57,173 bases of DNA from Catajapyx aquilonaris (GCA_000934665.2 JYFJ02002425.1:1-57173); one strand, 5' to 3'; positions 26,329 through 39,459 are shown, numbered from the stretch's first letter. Program-made: numbers and translations. Notes: a model not told the origin generated them from the sequence alone.

Positions 26329-28466
26329 TCATTTCTTTTTCCTTCCATATGCAACCTCGGTGACAAATACAACCAAAGTTAAACCCCATCCAAAAACCGC
26401 TATGAATACAAGAGGCCCTTTGATCTGCTGCAAATTCAGCTTCAGCACAGCCTCATTTGACTCAGGACTAATTCTGGCTGCTCTTAACCCCAACACTCTG
26501 GCCCGATGTAAGTACTCACTATTATATCGCTCAATAAGACCTGAGTCATACATTCGGATTACTGTCCTACGAAAGACCGGTACTAGCGGGCTTTTCTTAG
26601 GGAGCATTGGTCCAAACTGGACGTAGATGGACGTATCATGTGCACTCTGAATCGGAAGAGAACCATCAAGTCGTGCCATCAGACTGGCTTCACTCATCAA
26701 GAACAATTTAATGCTGATGCATGCGAATCCAACTTCTTCGTATGTTTCACCTTCTGGTTTGACTACACATCGCCGGACGCAGTCGTTCAGAGTCGGAAAC
26801 AGTTCTACTCTCCCATTCAACCGGTGTAAGTAGGATAAATCCGAGCCTCTTATGATGGCGCTGAAAAATGGGGCCTGAAAATAAGACAGGTTCAGAATAA
26901 GTACAGTATACATATATTGCCACAAGTATAGACCTGAATAACTTGTAGACCCAAACGCCAATGAGGTGCGGCTTCCAGTTCTTGAAAAGTATCGGGCAAT
27001 ACCTCCAGTGTTGGAGCGACCAGAAAGGCAATGAGCTTGCAGTCGTAAGCAAATGAGATCAAGATGGCGAAGATCCACCAGAAGGAGAGGAACACTCTGG
27101 GGCTGTGTGGTATCGGCACCAGCGATGGGTTCTCCTCGATCAGGGTGGAGAACAGGTACCTCAAGGAGTACAGAAACAGCCCACAGCGAGGTCTCTCATG
27201 ATGAGGAAACACTTCAACAGCTGATCGTTCCAATGCGAACAACGTTGCTGACATGAATATACCTCCGCATACGCACGACAATGCAATCAGTAGCCACATA
27301 CTGGTTGTGTACGGCTGCACCATTGCCCACCAGGAGTACGCAGGTCTGGGCAGTCTGGTCACGAAGTTGACATATGCTATCAAGTGAGGGTACGGCAGTT
27401 CCACCACTTCTGTTGCTATGTCGGTGTACGGTGTGTTTGGTGTGAAGTCGCTCGTTTTGTAGAGGATGGAACCTACAATTCCGTTCCATGTACCATTAGG
27501 CAACTCGACGTCCAATGGTTGCCCCTTTGGTGGCGGTGGAAAGCCTTCGACTGTGTAATTGAAGTTGAGGAGTCGACCCATTTCGTCCACAACGCAGTCG
27601 GTTATGAAGACGGGTAAGTACGAATCGTCGTCTCTCTTGACACGGGCTGGACTCACATGGTACAACCAGTATCCGAACATGTGCTTGCCATGCAGATCAG
27701 TCGTCCAGTCAGGGAATAACCTCTCCACCTGAAAGAGTTGATTAGCTCTTCGGCACACCTTGGTCATTGTTAACTCACCTTTTGATTTACTGCACCTGTG
27801 GTCACCTGCACGCCATTGATTGCAGATGAATTTTTAAATGCTCCAACAGTTACCACAGTTGGTTCCCCACTGTCACAAAAGAAGCAGGCGCTTCTCAGCA
27901 GCAATCCATCTCTGGTTGGACTCAGTGCCATCTTGTACAAGAGGATTTCAGAGTGTTGATGAAGAAGAAGGTCATCACTACCCCCGTCTCTTGACCAGAT
28001 CACAAATCGATCTCGGTCTGTCTGCAAGTGAATCTTGGACGCTACGTATTCTATCATTTGAGCAAAGCGATTGTTGTCACATATGAGAATGATCAAAGCG
28101 CACGAAAACATGCGGATGGTCTTGGTTCGCTGCAGCCAATGAAACCACTTCTTTGGTTTCGTCGTGACTGGGTCCTCTATGGTTGAGGGTGGTCCAAGGA
28201 TAATTACTGAATTGCTCAGACCCATTGTGTCAGTTAGGAGTCGAAGCAGAGGTGGAGGAGTGACCAAATAGTCGTGTCCGATGACCACAGTGCATGGCCG
28301 ATGGTACCTGCAGAATTGAATAAGTTAGAGAATAAAAATGAAGTATGAAGTGAGGCACTGGCCTTATTAATGTGTCCAAAAATTGAGCCACGGTGTCCAC
28401 ATCACTGGTGGTTGTCACTCCAGAGACAACGAAGCACAAGAGCAGAGCAGCTGTACGGTGATACAT
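26329..28466 (-). CDS. Divergent ionotropic receptor (IR), copy 2, tandem paralogue
   Basis: Same four-exon layout (28466-28363, 28307-27779, ~27728-26933, ~26874-26329) and the same motifs as copy 1. Confidence 0.9.
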
Positions 28467-29001
28467 TTTTCTGTTTCTGACGAAGCGACGTCAGTCAGTA
28501 CTACTGAGTTTTTACGACCACAAGATATACCGTTGCTACAAAGAGACCTGTACTTATATTCTCCTCTGTATATCTACTTGTGCCCACTTAAATGTAATTC
28601 AACTCCATTAACTTTTATTGAAGAAACCAGCGGGTTGGCTATATTCGTTAAAGTTTATGATTATGATTATATGCAATCGTATTTCAAAATAAAGCATTGA
28701 AAGCAACTCATGATTGCGAATGATTATGTAACAAAGCCTACCCCTGATGACGAGGGTGATTATCAAGAGGAATAACCTTATTATAATCGGAATAAATACA
28801 TGACGAACATTCGTAAATCATATGTAATAATATATCGGTTTTATGTATCGGGGTAGTATTGTTCTAAAATTCATAAGGTACGGTGTATCTTGGGAACCGT
28901 ATACTGGTAAAATTGGATAGATCATTCGCTGAGTGAACAATGCACGAGATAATGATATGCATCTGATAGGTACACACATTATTTTAAGCCACTATAACAA
29001 T

Positions 29002-30018
29002 TTATTTTGCAAATGATTCGACGATGAGCTTTATTACATCAGAACAAGAGGACATCTCATCAATCCAAGACTGACACTTCTTAAGGTCTCTAATGTGCTT
29101 CCGTACAAAATCCAAGCAGTCTTCCTTCAGTTGGGTCAGGTTAAGCTGAACAGCACACTTCAAGGTTGTGATGACATTATCTGGCTGAAGAGTACTAGCC
29201 AAATGATTCTCACAAATGGCCTTCAAGCGAGGCACCTCATACTTCTCCGCAGCCATCACCAAATCTGCAGCAATGTCCAGCAACTTCTTCGGCACTTGAT
29301 CCGTGTAAAAGAACTGTACAAGGCCTTCTAATGCATCTATCGGCACATCCTCAATGTGCACTTGACCAGTGTTACCCTCCAGAAATTCGTGGTCAAACAT
29401 GGCCGCAAACACACGGCTACGAGCGCTCAGAATCGCCTTGTGCACATGGATAATAGTGTTTCCTGGACCCACAAGGGTCAGGTCACTCCCTGCCCTGGAG
29501 TTGTACAATTGTCGAAAATCTGCAAGCAACCCACCTTCAGGTACAGGTACTTGCATGTCATCTGATAATTCCAGCACTACTGTTCCAGCACATGTTAAAG
29601 TCAGGGTGTCATCAGGTAGTAGTTCTTCAGCCCTGTCTTCCAATTTTCTTAGGTCAATTAGCTGCTGGAAACCACATGTCTGATTGGCTTCCCCCAGCTC
29701 CTTACTTTCAGCTTTGACACAGTAATCATTGCCGTTTGTGCTCTTGATAGTGAAGGTGCAGGTGACAATCACCTTTGTGTTATCTTCAGGCAGGTATTTC
29801 AGATAAAGGGAGATGTAAGTATTGTGGACACCTCGCCATTCACCTTGAGGGTACAGCACCATCTGCCATTTTGTTGGGTAGTTTCTAGATGAGATGAATG
29901 TCTTGGAGATAAGCGTTTGGGTATGTTTCCTGTACTTGAATTTTCGGATGGTCCATTCGTAGCAGAAGTGCTGAACATCTGCGTCAGACACAAACGATTG
30001 CTTCTCGCAGTCGTCCAT
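29002..30018 (-). CDS. MATH-BTB (speckle-type POZ-like) protein, copy 2, intronless, 338 aa
   Basis: Single ORF: YEWTIRKF, KWQMVLYPQG, YISLYL, LLPDDTLTL; SDLTL, HVHKAILSARSRVFAAMF, AAEKYEVPRLKAICE. Confidence 0.92.
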   Translation of the reverse strand: MDDCEKQSFVSDADVQHFCYEWTIRKFKYRKHTQTLISKTFISSRNYPTKWQMVLYPQGEWRGVHNTYISLYLKYLPEDNTKVIVTCTFTIKSTNGNDYCVKAESKELGEANQTCGFQQLIDLRKLEDRAEELLPDDTLTLTCAGTVVLELSDDMQVPVPEGGLLADFRQLYNSRAGSDLTLVGPGNTIIHVHKAILSARSRVFAAMFDHEFLEGNTGQVHIEDVPIDALEGLVQFFYTDQVPKKLLDIAADLVMAAEKYEVPRLKAICENHLASTLQPDNVITTLKCAVQLNLTQLKEDCLDFVRKHIRDLKKCQSWIDEMSSCSDVIKLIVESFAK

Positions 30019-30665
30019 TCCTGAACCATTTCAATACTAGCGCACCCGTAGCCAAAATTTGGCATTTAGTGCCGTGATGAGAAGGTGGCAGCACTCACCA
30101 GGGAGCGTTCCGGAGCGTTCCAGAGGCGAAAAAATAAGGCTATTATTATAGGGGGAATTATTATTATTTAAACTGCGCAAAATGTAGTCGATGCCAACAC
30201 CAGGAAAATCTATAGACTTACCAGCCGGAGCAAGTTATCCCCAGGAGACCCCCCACTGCACTGACAAGATAATCGCACATCCTATGCTCTTTGCCCCCTA
30301 TTATGGCGCACTGCACACGCTGATCTTATCACCTGGAATGCTGGATGCACAGACTTATTGTATTACTTACAAAGGCTCTAAATGTGCCCAAAATGCGATA
30401 CGGTAAGTACGGTATTCGTTGTTGCCAAGTGGTTGCAGGTTTCTTAATCCGACGGAAGAGGCGCTGCAGGCACGGATGTTTGCGCCATCTCTGGCCGGGG
30501 AGGGACACCAGTTGTTTTGTTGCAGTGACTGTCACGTTGCTGGTGGTGGGCGTTAGTGTGACCTCTGACCTGTGTTGGTCACTCCTAGTGACCTTCGCCT
30601 GAATAAGTCAGACTGGGTGGAGGCTCACATGTTCCTAGGGTCATCCTGGTAGAGCACCTCCCGCA

Positions 30666-33600
30666 ATGTCTTCAGCCACGAGCCCTCCAATCAAGCCGCC
30701 AAGGGGCATCAAGAGTGCTAAGGAAACGGTATGGCCTGCAGACAAATGCTAGGAACATTGTGTAATAAAATGCATTTGCAGTCTGGGATACTGCGGTCAC
30801 TGATATGCACCGTGGCAGCCAGCACGTCGTCGACGGAGAGGGAGGAGGAGAAGGCAAAGCTGGAGAGAGAGTTCGTGCGGTCTGAGCGTCGCTTGGAGGA
30901 GCTTGTTGGTGGCCACGAGGGAGATTTGGCATTGGTTTTAGGATCGTTTGGACAGGTGGCCCCCCGCGTTGAGGAGGCCCTGGAACGCATCAGGCATGTC
31001 AGAGAGAGGCTTGGAGCTTGCCGAACCCTGCTTCATTGCAAGAGGGAAGACCTACGGAAACTCTGGTTGCAGGCACTTGAAAACAAGCATGAGCTCAGGC
31101 TCTTGCAGCAGATGTGGGTATAATTTAATCATTCTGTGTATCATAGCACTAGCTTCACACTTTTTTCTCTCGCAGTGAAGAACTGGTGGAAGTGCCACCA
31201 CATGCGTCAACACTGATGGCATCGAGAAAGTTGCGTCAAGGTACGCGGCTTGTCATGTCATCCCTGGAGCTTCTGGAAGGTAGTCTTCGCGGTGTGGACG
31301 CCCTAGGAGAAGTTCACACTGAACTGCTGACTCAGCGTGAGAGGTTGCATCGCACACTCCTGAAAGAGCTGCGGTCCCAAATATACATCGATGGCCTGAA
31401 AGAAGCATGGGGTGTACTGGGAGGAGGTGTTGGTGGAGGTCGCAACTTTACCCCATTCCAGCGACGTGGATCAGAAAGAGCTTCACGGAGAAAGCTCCTC
31501 CAAGAAGTTAACGTGAAGGCAACATTTTTAGACATCCCCAAACCAGAGCAAGATATTGACACAGAGCTCGATCTGGATACCTTGAGTGCAGAGGAGCGTC
31601 CTGAGCTTTACTTAGGGCTGCTTGTGGAATGCATTGCACTGTTGCGTCGACTTCCTGACAGCCTTGAGGTGTTGCAACACGGTCTGCAGAAGGAATTGCA
31701 AGGTGTAGTGGCAAACACAACACGGCAAATGTTGCAGGAGGCCTCGACGCGTCTTGGAACCACAGACTATCCACCAGAAGCGTTGCTTCCTGACTTAATG
31801 CAGGTGCTGTGCGAGCAGTTTCGAATTATTGTGACATCATATTCTTGTGTACTTCAGCACTCAAGGCGCCTGGCTCAAACAAAGTCGCTACAGTTGCCAC
31901 CATTTGATGTCCCAGATGTATGGTCAGCCATTCAGAGTGTGATGCAGGTACTGTTTTTGAAACTTATAGTTTATAATTTTGGCGATATCATGCAAAATTA
32001 ATTTTTTACAGGTAGTATTGTCTGATTACCTGGATGTTGGAACTGCCAAAGGTGTTGGGGAAGTACCACTACCAGCATCATATGCTGAAACTGCATCTGC
32101 CACTGCAGACATTGGAAGCCACTTTGCACGAAGAAAGGGACCAGGACCACGCAATGTGCTCTTCAAGTTTGCCTTTTCATCAGTTGCCCTCAGTGCCAGT
32201 TCATACTTGCGTGAACTTCGCGCTGAGGCTTCGTCAACATCTACATCGTCGCTTGGTTCAGAGAGGCCTCGAGTGTGCCCAGCTGACCCACGCCACCTGA
32301 CTCTCATATTTGGGCAGCTTATGTCATTCATAACTGAGATTGAGTCTGCGTTGGGATGCCCACCTGGAACAGACTGTGCTCTTCACTCATTTGTTTCAGA
32401 GCTGATACAGGATGTGTTCTTGGGACAGGTTCATCGTGATGTAACGCAACGTGTTGAGGCTGCAACTCACCCTACACAAGCGTGGGTTGTAGCACAGTCC
32501 CCCCCACATGTGCTGCAAGGTGCTACTGGCATGGCTGAGTGTGTTGAAGAACTGCGGGGGCTAATGGCCAGCCTTCCATTATATCCAGAGTACTTTCTCT
32601 CAATGCTCTGCAATGCATTGGCAGCATACAGGGAGGCATGCATGGTTGCGTACAGGTCACTTGTACATCCTGCTGGTCAGCCCAAGCCAGTCATGAGTGC
32701 TGGATGGATCCGGGACGAGGATATCCGAAGGTATCTGACCACCCGGCCAGACTGGCTGCGACTTAGGTCATCATCTCAAGTTGAAGGAGAGGCTGAAGAA
32801 GATGCTGAGAGTGACCAGGAGATGGCACTTCTTATAGGTATGGAATGAGCTTGTCGGCCTTGGTGTATTCAAAGTAATGACTGCTTTTCTCCCCACAGGC
32901 AACCTGCAAGACACAAAAGTCCCATCGTGGGGAATACTTGATCCTGGTCAAGTGAAGCAATTAGCCCTTCTTCATGAGAGCCTGGACTGGCTGGGACTTC
33001 GCATCTCCCAGGCAGCAACTGAGGCCGCAGAAGGCACCAAGGATGCCTCAGAGGAAGGAGCCTTTTCACACACACTGCTGCAACTGGCACGGGATTTCCA
33101 AGATTTGTCGGACACGTCCCTCTTGTTGCTGCAGCTGGAAGTCCGAATGCACTGCTTCCATTTCCTATTGCCCTTGCTTCATGAGGATTCGTGGGCACCA
33201 GAAATGGATTCTCAAGTGCCAGATCCAGACGTGTTGAGGTTGGGTAAGGATCTGGCATCTCTGGATGAAGTTTTAGGCTCAGTGTTAGATCCCCGTAAAG
33301 CGAGGTATGTCTTCTGGGGGCTTGACCGCCTACTGGCTGCCATTTTGATCTCAAGTGCACCGTCAATACAGAAGATCAGTCCTGCTGGTGTCAAACGGAT
33401 GCAGAGCGACATCTTTGCACTACAGCAGGCCCTCTCTGCAATAACACTGTCAAGGGCAGCTGCCTTGGATAGAGCCAGAATGTACTATGAGCTGTTCTTG
33501 TTGGGGCCTAGTGAGTTGCTGGCAGGTGCTTTGGACCATGGGGCTCAGTTTCCATATGTGGACTATCTGCATGCATTGCAGCTCATGCACCGGAGCAGGC

Positions 33601-33680
33601 CAGTGCAGCCAGACGAGCAACTGCAGGCACACCTTACTCGGCTGTCAGCTATTCTTGGGGAAGTGGGGGTCACAGTATGA
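30666..33680 (+). CDS. EXOC4: Exocyst complex component 4 (Sec8), ~924 aa
   Basis: Exons 30666-30728, 30782-31113, 31176-31947, 32012-32837, 32899-33680 splice in frame. Motifs PPIKPPRG, EREEEKAKLERE, LLHCKREDLRKLW, LHESLDW, LEVRMHCFHFL, LDRARMYYELF. Confidence 0.93.
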
Positions 33681-34573
33681 GCTTTAATAGGTGCATAATA
33701 GTTACATTTGCAAAGGACGAGGGATATGATCTAGTGCTTTATCAGTGAAAGGCACTGAACCATTTATTTACCCAAAGAGTACCACAGAGACAAATATTTA
33801 TAAAGTAGATGTCAAGTTAGTAGTCTTAGTACAACATGTTATTAATCCTGTGCATTTACCCACATGCTCCTAACCCTTAGATTGCCAAACTCTTGACTAA
33901 CACTTTGTTGTCTCTCTGAGTGAAATTACGGGTCCTGAGTTAAAAATCTCTCCCCATCTGGTCTTTCCCACAGATTATTATTATTAACTGAATCTGCTAT
34001 AGAACTGCATGTGTACACAATGTTGCGAAAGGCTCCCACTGGTAAATATTGATGTGTATACAGTACAGGTATGCAAATGGTTGACTGGAGTGAGTGATTA
34101 TGGTCTGCAAAAAGAACATGTAAAATGAAACCGAGGACAGTCTTGTACTGTTACGAGCAAAAATTATGCATCGCAATGAAAAATTGGCAGAAAATAAAAT
34201 GCCCAAGTCTTCTTTACAGGGTATATAACATTTCACAGATGTCATCATGTTTGTTACAGAGAAAGGGACCACAGGCTGTCGGGTAGTTGCTTACTATGCA
34301 CTTACCATTTTTCTTGTCGAAATACTTTGATGACCTTGAACCTAAAAACCCCAATTACCACTAGATGAAATATCAGTTGCAAGTAAATCACTGTATTCTT
34401 CTATTTCAAAATAGGACAGTTTCACATCCGCTATACATTGGAAGCCTATGATGTAAGAAAACATGACTCGTAACAGTTTATGCAGAAAGTATTCTGGGTA
34501 AGGGATACAGATATACTGCCAATGTGTCATTTACAATGACAGCAGGTGTACCAATCATTAAAACATGATCTTC

Positions 34574-35991
34574 CTACTCATTGTCATAGCCAACAAGCAC
34601 CTTATCCCCAACATGAATAACAGCATCTTTTCCAGTAGATCTGAGTCCCATGTAGAGTCCCATTAAAGGTGCTTTGCCACCTATCTTCTTAACCAATGGA
34701 TCTGTTGGTTCTCGGTAGCTAGAAAAATAAAATTGTGTAGTCCACAAACTTGGTACCATCACCTCCAGATTTTACCTTCTCAGAGTAGCCAGTGGCTCTG
34801 AATTGGCATCTTTTATACCAGTGTCCTGGTTAACTGTTGTTAAAAGACACCTGGAAAATGTGAGACAATTTTAAATCAATGCATGTGAGGAAGATTGTCA
34901 AATAGCTCACCTGCCACAAGGCAAGGAGACCTCAAACACTATGTCACCAATTTTGATCCACTTCCAGTCATCTTCAGCATAAGGTTTGGCACCACGGATC
35001 AAAATGTTGGGTCTGAAGTTGTGATGGCTAACAGGTGTTTGCAGCCGGGTGTTCAGATCTGCCACCGATTCTTTAGCAATGAGCAAATAGGATGATTTAT
35101 CTGTAAACACACCCTGTTTATAGGGCCGTATTATTAATAGTCAATAACTTGTATATTATCAGCATTACTTGCCGTATCATTTTGAGTGTATTGAGGCATA
35201 AGTGCATCCTTCTCAGTCAGCTGCCTGGGCGAGTCATTCCGTGGGTAGTAAAGTAATCTCCGGCCTTCTGGTTGACCCGCAAGATAATTGGACAACCACA
35301 TGGCCACTTCATCACCGCAATCTATGACCTTATTTACATGGTCACTCCAGATTCTGTAATTCCACAAAATTACCGCAACATATTCAAGGTTGTGCATTTT
35401 CTGAACAATATTGACCTGCACGTGACACGCTTTGCCTTCTCCGGAATGTTCACCCTGATTGTTGGCATATCCGGTGCATCTAAGCACAGTGTGTCCTCCT
35501 CACATGATGTTCTTATTAGAGCCATTTTTGGTTCTTGCCTCTGCGTAATAAAGTTATTCTTTTGGTCTACAACCAAATACACCCTGAAAAGGAAAGGTCA
35601 TGAGGGAGCCTCAATCAATACGGTCAGATGATGTCTCAGAATTGTGATAAGGAGTAATTAATTCTGTGGATTGTGTGCAAGGGCACCTTGAACCTGTTAC
35701 CCCACACCAATAAGGGTCTTGCAACATCTTCCATATACATAATATTTAAATTTACCTGTCCCTCATGTGTCCATGTGTGAGTCCCATAAGAGTGCAGGTG
35801 GCCTCCTCCACAGGTACTCCTTTGAGGGACTTGGCTGGATACACATACAGACTGGCCACTTCCCCAACTTCCTTCCAGTGGCTGGGCATGGCTGCCCTCT
35901 TCCTCCTCTTGGCCACCATGGCCATGACCGCCCCTGCGATAACCAAGGTGCCGATACCTGCCAGCCACAACAAAGGTCGAGAGGAGCTCAT
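34574..35991 (-). CDS. Mitochondrial amidoxime-reducing component (mARC, MOSC domain), copy B
   Basis: Six exons. N-terminal TM anchor with basic tail, LYVYPAKS, MRDR, TQRQEPKMALI, DCGDEVA, NFRPNI, PCGR|CLLTTV (Moco-ligand Cys), IHVGDKV. Confidence 0.9.
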
Positions 35992-36132
35992 GTTGGCTGC
36001 GTCTGCGCTCTCTCACTGCATGGGGAAGATCACTAATGGGTATGGGCAGGCTGGGAAACAGGGCGGCTTTATCAGCTCTAATGATAACCAGTGCTGCTGA
36101 AATATCGTGTATTTCATGAGACAAAAGTACAA

Positions 36133-37415
36133 TTACTCGTCACAACCGACGAAAACTTTGTCTCCGACGTGGATACTGGCGTCTTGTCCGATAAATCTGA
36201 TTCCTAAGTTCAGGCCCATTATTGGGGACTTTCCGCATGCCTTCAGAAGATTCGGGTCTTTCACCATTCGGTATCTGGAATTAATTACATATTAATTAGC
36301 GGCTGAATCCAGTGATGTTGCATATTACTGTTTCAGAGTTGCAAGAGGCTCGGAGTTTTTGTCTTTCACACCGGTCTCGGGGTTCACAGTTGTCAATACA
36401 CATCTGAAATAGGCAGGACGTTATAGATTGGTCGATATGAGGTTTCAAACTGACCTTGTGGCAGTCAGGGCGGTACGGAACATGGTGCTTCCAATTTGGA
36501 TCCATTTCCAGTTGTCTTCTACGTATGGTTCAGCTCCACGGATCAAAATGTTGGGCCTAAAGTTCAGAGGAGTTACAGGAGATGGTAGCCTTGTGTTTAG
36601 ATCAGACACAGATTCTTCAGCAATCAGCAAGTAGGACGTCTTGTCCGAGAATGGACCCTGGAGAAACAGTTGTCCAGTTAATTGTAAGGGCACCTTGTCA
36701 CAAACTCACCTTGTCATCCTCAGTGTATCCAGGGATGCCGGATTCTTTCTGAGACACTTTCCTCCTGTGACCATCCCATGGGTAGAACAACAATCGACGG
36801 CCATCTGGTTCTCCGAGAAGAAATGTAGACAACCAGGCTGACACTTCATCTCCACAATCAATCACCTGCTCAATTCTATCCTGCCAGACTCTATAGAAGG
36901 CATCATTAATATCCGATCTATATGATTTAGGAGGGCATGACTTACCTACAATTGACCCGCGGTGAACTTTCCGAAACATTCACCCTGATTGTTGGCATAT
37001 CAGGAGCATCCAGGCACAATGTGTCATCCTGATACGATGGACGTATGAGGGCCATCTTTGGCTCCTGTCGCTGTGTGACGAAATTGTTTTGGTTGTCAAC
37101 CACCAGAAATACCCTGGAAGATTGTGAGTCATAACATGATTTGCATATGCTAAATTTAAATATGGACAGCCATGACCCTGTAGGGTCATGGCTTACGTAC
37201 CTATCCCGCATTTTTCCATGTTGAAGTCCCAAAGTGGTGCATGTAGCCTCCTTCACCGACACACCTTTCAGTGATTTTCCAGGGTACAAATACAGCCCTG
37301 TGACCTCCCCAATTTCCGTCCAGCACTTGGGGACCCTCTTCCTCCTCCTGGCCATGGCCATGACCACCGCCACAGCAACAGCCGCAGCTCCCAACCATAA
37401 CAGACGGCAACTCAT
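36133..37415 (-). CDS. Mitochondrial amidoxime-reducing component (mARC, MOSC domain), copy A
   Basis: Six exons in the same positions as copy B. LYLYPGKS, DCGDEVS, FSDKTSYLL, NFRPNI, TATR|CVLTTVNPETG; ends IHVGDKVFVGCDE-stop at 36133. Confidence 0.9.
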
Positions 37416-38060
37416 CTTTGACTGGGGAAACAAATAAAAATAAATAAAAGGTTACTGACCTCTTCATATATAACCGGTTTAAGTGACCTTCATGTGAATT
37501 ACTCGCAAATTTTATATATGATTCAACAAACGGGTGAGTCGCGCTTTCGCAGAAAATTCAACCATATGATTGGTCGGTGTAATGCATAACATTACTCGAC
37601 CCCTAGATAAGCTGGTCCCTTCTCTAACCCCCGGAAAGGCGGTGATTCACACCCCGGAATTTTTTGCTCCGCCCTAGCTATATTAGCTGCCTACTCAACC
37701 TGACTCACCACTCAGCTGCTGGGGATCCTGCTGGACCGAAGTCTTCTGCTGAACGTCCAAGGTAAGCCAAGTTCAATCCCTAACTGTTTAGCGGGACCAC
37801 TAACCTACAACTGTGTCAACATGTTTGGCAGATATGGGGAGGTCATCTGTCTAGAGATAGACACAAAGGGGCATTTTAGTAAAATTGGATTTTACTATAC
37901 GTAAAATTTATTGGCTAATGTAATCACCACGGATATGTACAAAACCACATTTTCCGTTTTCCTGTGCCAACAAATTGCATAATTCAAATGACCTATATGT
38001 GAAATCTGTACGTCGTCACTTTCTCATTGTTCTTACTTGATTCATACAGTAGACATAACC

Positions 38061-39428
38061 ATGTGGACCACCAGGCTGTTGCTTGTGTTTGGAGCTGTTG
38101 TCATCCAGCAGACAATGGCGCATACCATGAGTATGGGGTCATGCCCTGCTGTGGAACCTATGGAAAACTTCGATACTGAAAAGGTACGTTTTTCCGTTTT
38201 TTTTCCTCATGTACTGTACCATTGAAAGTTCAATTAACTTGGGAAACCGGAAAAGGTCATTCCATGCATCAATGATGCTGAATAAAAACTGTAAAAGTGC
38301 CCTTTAGAATATTAGAGGCCGCGTCATTTCAAGGCCCTTTCCAACAGAGGAAGTTACATAAATTGATACACTGTAGACTGTATAATCTCCTTGAGAACGG
38401 GCCGGGTCTAACGAGGGTGTTTTTTAATTCATGACAGTTCATGGGAAAGTGGTACGTGATCCAGAAGTTCGCTACTGCCAGTACATGCATGACCTACAAC
38501 TTCACCAGGGGCGATGATGGAAAAATGCGGATCCAACAGTCTAGACAACATTTCTTCCTGGACACTTTCGGAATTGACCATAAGTACTTGTACACTGGTG
38601 TCCTTTCAACCCCTGACACCACAGTGCCTGCGAAGATGCGAGTCAAATTCCCACTCAGTAAGTTTTTGGGTAAAAGCAGGGCTGGATAACAAGGTCTGAT
38701 AAGGTGCCAGGTCCATTAGGCCAAAAAGATCTGCCCAAAATGCCTATTCAGGCCATTAGGCGTTTTGAGAAAGCTCGCCGTTATCTTCGCTTGAAATTCA
38801 GGAAGGTCACGGCTGCCAAAGGGCAACGGTCCAAGTGAAACGCTAAATGTATTTTTCTTGCAGATGTGGCTGGCCAGGCTGAATTCATTGTCTTTATGAC
38901 TGATTACGACTCATATGCTGCTACTTACACCTGCCAGAGGATCCTCTTTGGTCATGTCAAGTCAGTGTCCATACTGTCCAGGCAACCCAAGCTGGAGCCT
39001 GAGATCATTCAGAAGGTTAGTGTTGTCTAATATCCTTGTGGACACCACGGTGTGGACACTATTAACCAACACTATTTCAGATCCGTGGCCGCATAGAAAA
39101 GGCTGGGTTGAACCCCCATGACCTGAACATCATCGACCAATCAAATTGCATCAACTCTGCTGAATCTGGTCTGAACATCAATGTTGACGACAAGACCTTC
39201 AGCTCTGGAAACATTGCTGGTGCCGTGAAGAAGGCTGGTTCCGCAATTGGCAGGGGATTGGACAAAGCTGGGGAGGTCATCGGGCAAGGGGTGGACAAAG
39301 CCGCTGACCTTCTGGGTAGAGGAATTGAACGGTTTGGTCGCAACAAGAAGGAGAAGGAGAGCCAGGAGACTGATTGGAGGTCACAGGATTGGCGCAATGT
39401 TGAGGCCGATGCTGAATGGTTACCTTGA
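38061..39428 (+). CDS. Apolipoprotein D-like lipocalin, ~280 aa, secreted, with C-terminal extension
   Basis: Exons 38061-38183, 38438-38657, 38864-39015, 39081-39428. Signal peptide, GSCP, SCR1 FMGKWYVI, SCR2 TDYDSYA, SCR3 ILSRQP, terminal IDQSNC. Probable non-coding first exon ending at donor aag|gtaagc near 37761. Confidence 0.9.
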
Positions 39429-39459
39429 ACTCAAAAGTCACAATTTGATGCCAAAGCTT

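Noticed and set aside
12729..30496. CTCF-like cgccatct motifs at about 12731, 23225 and 30483
   Set aside because: Only partial matches to the consensus; cannot be distinguished from chance without ChIP data.
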